NCBI GenBank assembly: GCA_963809895.1
Contig: CAWELD010000003.1
Location: 2,080,001-2,144,000, forward strand
DNA: 64,000 nt
Direction: 5' to 3'
DNA from: an uncultured Gemmatimonadales bacterium
Lineage (GTDB): Bacteria; Gemmatimonadota; Gemmatimonadetes; Longimicrobiales; Gaopeijiaceae
The stretch's first letter is position 1; each line of letters opens with the position of its first letter. Below are positions 60,094-64,000 of the stretch, piece by piece. A program made the position numbers and the translations under genes. The notes beneath the pieces were generated by a model. That model worked only from the letters and a program-made list of their open reading frames with translations, ran no database searches and was not told the DNA's origin.

Positions 60094-61587
60094 ATGGGCC
60101 CCAGCGACGTTCTCCGGGATCTGGAGCTCCTCCTCCGCTCGGGCCACGGGCTGGTGCAGCTCGAGGCGCGAGACGAGGCGCGCGCCGCCACCCTCCTGGA
60201 GCTGGTGGCGAACCGCCTGGAGATCCCCTTCCTCACCTGGACCCGCTCACGGGGATTGCTCCGGCGTGACATGCCCTCGCCGGTGTATGAGACCGAGCAC
60301 CTGGAACAGGCGCTCACCCATGTCGTGCACGCCGACATCGATGCGCTCTACCACTTCCAGGGCGTCAGCGGAGAGGCGCTTCGTGGCGAGCTGATCGCGG
60401 CCCTGGTGCGAGACGCGGCCCGGGCCATGGAAGGCCGAGTGGGCGCCATGGTGATGACCGGTGGAGCCCTGGCGCTGCCGGAGTCACTCGAGGGTCTGAG
60501 CACCACCGTGCGACTCCCGGGCCCTTCGACCGACGAGCTCCGGGCGCTGCTGGGCCAGGTCGTGCGCGACGTCTCGCAGCGCCAGGACGTGAAGGTCAGC
60601 CTGTCCCGCGAGGAGACCGCACAGCTCCTCCGCCAGCTCTCGGGACTCACCCTCACCGAGGCCGGCAAGGTGCTGACGCGCTCCATCGTCGAGGACGGGT
60701 CGCTGGACGCCGGCGACATCGCCAACGCCGTCGAAGCGAAGCGGCGCATCGTCGAGCGTGACGGGCTGCTGGAGTACTACCCGGTGGAAGCCTCGCTGGC
60801 CGACGTGGCGGACCTGACGGGCTTCAAGGGCTGGCTCGCCGCGCGCACGGAGGTGGTGCGCCATCCCGCACGAGCGCGCGAGGCCGGCCTGCCCTTTCCG
60901 CGGGGCGTGCTCCTGCTGGGCGTGCCCGGCTGTGGCAAGAGCCTGTCGGCCAAGGCCGTGGCGGCCGAGTGGCAGATCCCCCTGCTGCGCCTCGATCCCG
61001 CGGCTCTCTACAACAAGTACATCGGCGAGAGCGAGCGGAACTTCAAGCGCGCCATGCACACCGCCGAAGCCATGGCCCCGGTGATCCTGTGGATCGACGA
61101 GCTGGAGAAGGCGTTCGCGGCCGGCGGCACCGAAGACGGCGGCGTGTCGCAGCGCATCCTGGGCACCTTTCTCTCGTGGCTCCAGGAGCGGAAGGGCGAC
61201 GTCTTCGTGGTGGCCACCGCCAACGAGGTCCAACGGTTGCCCCCGGAGTTTCTCCGCAAGGGTCGCTTCGACGAGGTGTTCTTCGTGGACCTTCCGGACT
61301 CCGCCACCCGCAAGGAGATCTTCCGGATCCACCTGGCCGCCCGGGATCAGGACCCCTCGGCCTTTCCGCTGGCGGAGCTGGCCGCCGCCAGCGAGGGCTT
61401 CAGCGGCTCCGAGATCGAGCAGGTGGTGGTGTCGGCGCTGTACGATGCCTTCGCCGACCACGGCACGCTCTCCGGCTCGATGCTGGAGGCCGAGATCGCC
61501 CGCACGCGCCCCCTGTCCGTGACCATGGCGGAGCCCATCGACGCGCTCCGTCGGTGGGCCCAGGGGCGTACCGTCGGCGCCAACTGA
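60094..61587 (+). CDS. AAA family ATPase (Ycf46-like)
   Basis: Degenerate N-terminal module plus GVPGCGKS, WIDELEK, ATAN...LPPEFLRKGRFDE.FFVDLP, GFSGSEIE, PLS.TM.E.I..LR.W. Confidence 0.88.
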   Translation: MGPSDVLRDLELLLRSGHGLVQLEARDEARAATLLELVANRLEIPFLTWTRSRGLLRRDMPSPVYETEHLEQALTHVVHADIDALYHFQGVSGEALRGELIAALVRDAARAMEGRVGAMVMTGGALALPESLEGLSTTVRLPGPSTDELRALLGQVVRDVSQRQDVKVSLSREETAQLLRQLSGLTLTEAGKVLTRSIVEDGSLDAGDIANAVEAKRRIVERDGLLEYYPVEASLADVADLTGFKGWLAARTEVVRHPARAREAGLPFPRGVLLLGVPGCGKSLSAKAVAAEWQIPLLRLDPAALYNKYIGESERNFKRAMHTAEAMAPVILWIDELEKAFAAGGTEDGGVSQRILGTFLSWLQERKGDVFVVATANEVQRLPPEFLRKGRFDEVFFVDLPDSATRKEIFRIHLAARDQDPSAFPLAELAAASEGFSGSEIEQVVVSALYDAFADHGTLSGSMLEAEIARTRPLSVTMAEPIDALRRWAQGRTVGAN

Positions 61588-61680
61588 GAGCATCGCTGCG
61601 ACGACACCCTTGCGTTGCGCGCGTTTTCGGTTTTTATTCGCCCCTACCCACAACGTTCTCGCACGAGGAGGAGGATGAGG

Positions 61681-62175
61681 ATGACGTCAGGAGCGGAGCT
61701 GCTCGCCGAGTTCGATCAGGAGATGGCCAACACGCGCAAGGCGCTGGAGCGGGTACCCGACGAAAAGCTGTCCTTCAAGCCCCACGAGAAGTCCTACAGC
61801 CTGCTGGAGCTGGCCTCCCACGTGGCCAACCTCCCGACCTGGACGTCGGTGACCCTGACCACCACCGAGCTTGACCTGGACGAGCCGTGGGACCGCCAAT
61901 CCCCCGAGAGTCGCGAGGAGATCCTGGCGGCTTTCGATACGGCGGTGAAGGAGGCGCGGCCGATCCTGGAAGCCGCCAGCGGTGAGGACATGCAGGTGAC
62001 GTGGACGCTGAAGAGCGGAGATCAGGTCTGGTTCAGCCTCCCTCGGGGCGCGGTGTTCCGGTCCTTCGTCATGAGCCACATGATCCACCATCGCGCGCAG
62101 CTCACCGTCTACCTGCGCCTGCTCGACGTGCCCGTGCCTGGCATGTACGGGCCCTCGGCGGACGAGGCGCAGTAA
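61681..62175 (+). CDS. DinB/YfiT family protein
   Basis: FKPHEKS.SL.ELASH, SHMIHHRAQL.VYLRLL.VPVPGMYGPS; GAGGAG RBS. Confidence 0.9.
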   Translation: MTSGAELLAEFDQEMANTRKALERVPDEKLSFKPHEKSYSLLELASHVANLPTWTSVTLTTTELDLDEPWDRQSPESREEILAAFDTAVKEARPILEAASGEDMQVTWTLKSGDQVWFSLPRGAVFRSFVMSHMIHHRAQLTVYLRLLDVPVPGMYGPSADEAQ

Positions 62176-62205
62176 CGAGCCGACCTCTCCTGGCGGGCCG
62201 CCGGC

Positions 62206-62907
62206 TCACACCGGCGGTCCGTCCACGGGCTCGATGAGCTCCGGCCCCTCGTTCGCCGGACGGTTCACCGTGGTCGCCACCGGCCACGCCTCCAACAGGT
62301 CCTCCGGCGCCGGCCGCAGCAGATCGCCCAACTCCTCGAGACCGGCGTCGGGCCGCAGCCACGACCGGCACGCCTCGTCGTCGGGGAGGATTACGGGCAT
62401 GCGGTCGTGGAGCCTGGACATCCAGCGGCTCGGACGGGTCGTGAGAAGCGTGAAGGTCACCACGGGATCCCCGCCCTGGCGGGGCCGCCAGCGCTCCCAC
62501 AGACCGGCGAAGGCGAAGGGTCGGCGATCGGGCTGGTGGATCCAGTACGGGATCTTCCGCGACCCCGAGGCGTCGTCCAGGCGGCGCCACTCGTAGAACC
62601 CGTCGGCGGGCACCAGACAGCGCCGCTCGGCGAAGGCGTCGCGAAAGGCGGGCTTCGAGGCCGCGGTCTCGCTGCGCGCGTTGATGAGGCGATTGCCGAT
62701 GGAGAGGTCGTCGGCCCACGCGGGCACCAGCCCCCAGCGCATGAGCCCCAGTCGCCGCTCGTTCTCGTTGCCCAGGATCACCACCGGAGCGTCCTGGGTG
62801 GGCGCCAGATTGTACCGGGGCTCCCAGCGGTCGAAGGCCACGTGCGCCGGATCGAAGACCTCGATGAGCTCATCGGTGTCCGCGGCCAGGGTGTAGCGTC
62901 CGCACAT
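62206..62907 (-). CDS. SOS response-associated peptidase (SRAP/YedK, abasic-site protection)
   Basis: MCGRY N-terminus (Cys2), RYNLAPTQ, WGLVP.W, INARSET, GFYEW, HDRMPV. Confidence 0.95.
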   Translation of the reverse strand: MCGRYTLAADTDELIEVFDPAHVAFDRWEPRYNLAPTQDAPVVILGNENERRLGLMRWGLVPAWADDLSIGNRLINARSETAASKPAFRDAFAERRCLVPADGFYEWRRLDDASGSRKIPYWIHQPDRRPFAFAGLWERWRPRQGGDPVVTFTLLTTRPSRWMSRLHDRMPVILPDDEACRSWLRPDAGLEELGDLLRPAPEDLLEAWPVATTVNRPANEGPELIEPVDGPPV

Positions 62908-62909
62908 CC

Positions 62910-64000
62910 TCACCGGCTCCCGTCGCCGCGGGGCTCGCTCACGCGCTGCCGCAGTACCACCAGCCAGTCACCGTCCTCTTCGTGGCGACGGTACCCCAGC
63001 AGATGGAGGATCTGGAGCGCGTACCACCGGGCCACCCGCCGGTTCACCACCAGAGCACCGGGCCGGGAGGGGTGCCGACGGATCCCCGGAAGCCAGTGCA
63101 CGACGCGGGCGAGGCCCAGGCGCCGCATGGCCTGCGACACGTTCAGCCAGAACGGGCGGAACTCCCGGACCACGAAGAAGCCGTCGTCTCCCTGCACCTG
63201 GTACAGGGGCATGAGGATGCGACCCGACTCCGGTGCCCTGATGGGGCCGTCCTGGTCGTGGGCCAGGACCTCGCCCCGCTGAACGCGCTGGAAGTTGTGG
63301 TAGTCGGGCTGCATGCGGAATCCATCGCCGGGGCTCAGGGGATGCCGATAGCGCATCTCCAAGACCCTCGGCCCTTCCCTGCCCTCCCGCGCCAGCAGCT
63401 TGCGCGCGGGGGGCAGTTCCGGCACCGCGGCCTCCGGCAGGATGCCGGTGGCAGTGAGCATGATCCAGATCGCCGCTTCGGCTCGATCCACCGCCAGCGG
63501 CTCTTCGTGCTGACCCGCCTCGAACGCCAGCGAGATGCAGCCACGGCGACCGACGAAATCGTGGAGGGTACCCTCCACCAGCTCCTCGAGACCCAGCACG
63601 AGAGGCACCGGCAGCGTGAGCGCCAGGCTGCGATTCTCCAGGGTGTCCGCAGCGGTGGAGAAGGCGCCGCCCCCGCCGGACGTGGTGTGGAGGTCCAGGA
63701 GGTAGATGGGACCCTTGGCGCTCTCGAGCAGGGTGGTGATCCGGGTCAGGAGCTCCCGCTGCTCCCGGTCCTCGGGCACCTCGCCTCCAGGCACGCCGTC
63801 CCGGAGGCCCGCGACGATGTCCTCGGTCCAGGCGCGGTTCAGGTCGCGCCCCAGGTAGCGTCGGCCCACGGCCAGCGCCTGGCGGTTGCCGGTCAGGAGC
63901 ACCACGCGCCCTCGAAGCCGGTCGCGTCGTGCCCGCAGCGACGCGGCCACGCGGACCGCGGCTTCCACGCCCGCGGGCTCGTTTCCGTGAAGCCCCCCCA
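62910..64000 (-). CDS. M14-family succinylglutamate desuccinylase/aspartoacylase-like protein (5' end outside window)
   Basis: GGLHGNEPAG read at 63999-63970, then GN, RDLNR, LDLHTTS, FEAGQH. Confidence 0.85.
   Translation of the reverse strand, partial: GGLHGNEPAGVEAAVRVAASLRARRDRLRGRVVLLTGNRQALAVGRRYLGRDLNRAWTEDIVAGLRDGVPGGEVPEDREQRELLTRITTLLESAKGPIYLLDLHTTSGGGGAFSTAADTLENRSLALTLPVPLVLGLEELVEGTLHDFVGRRGCISLAFEAGQHEEPLAVDRAEAAIWIMLTATGILPEAAVPELPPARKLLAREGREGPRVLEMRYRHPLSPGDGFRMQPDYHNFQRVQRGEVLAHDQDGPIRAPESGRILMPLYQVQGDDGFFVVREFRPFWLNVSQAMRRLGLARVVHWLPGIRRHPSRPGALVVNRRVARWYALQILHLLGYRRHEEDGDWLVVLRQRVSEPRGDGSR

Noticed and set aside
61590..61680. Possible WYL- or SOS-type operator upstream of dinB
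   Set aside because: Only a weak imperfect inverted repeat (GCGACG...CGTTGC); not distinguishable from chance.

Overview
A very GC-rich (visually about 70%), gene-dense bacterial chromosomal segment. Gene order and protein style suggest Gemmatimonadota/Longimicrobiales, but this is an inference from recall, not a search. Most of it is housekeeping on the minus strand: uvrA (truncated by the window), tamA/tamB-like, lgt, tsaD, YbbR/CdaR-like, TlpA, a PASTA protein, rsmB, thiGSE, fmt, def, yajC, tgt, queA, ruvBAC, yebC, a divergent EF-G paralog, S46/S9/M16/M14 peptidases, rhomboid, ddl, cystathionine beta-synthase, TonB, mutS, holA, an ECF sigma/zinc anti-sigma pair, NUDIX, apgM and SRAP. I saw no rRNA, tRNA, CRISPR array or mobile element. 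Three genes (tamB, arsR, rhomboid) are split by single-base frameshifts, most likely sequencing or assembly indels. The most notable items are: (1) a ClpC N-terminal (phosphoarginine-binding-type) domain fused to a YtrA-type GntR DNA-binding domain, with a YtrA-style palindromic operator upstream; (2) an ArsR-TolC-MFP-RND-PII-like-DUF2892 operon with an AT-rich operator; (3) a readable regulatory circuit, with a sigma54-type promoter before the ECF sigma and a shared GGAAC-N17-GTAC motif before the anti-sigma and tlpA; (4) an EF-G paralog with degenerate GTPase motifs; (5) a BlaI/CopY-type box before an uncharacterised lipoprotein. Start coordinates were refined by hand where the ORF track over-extends.
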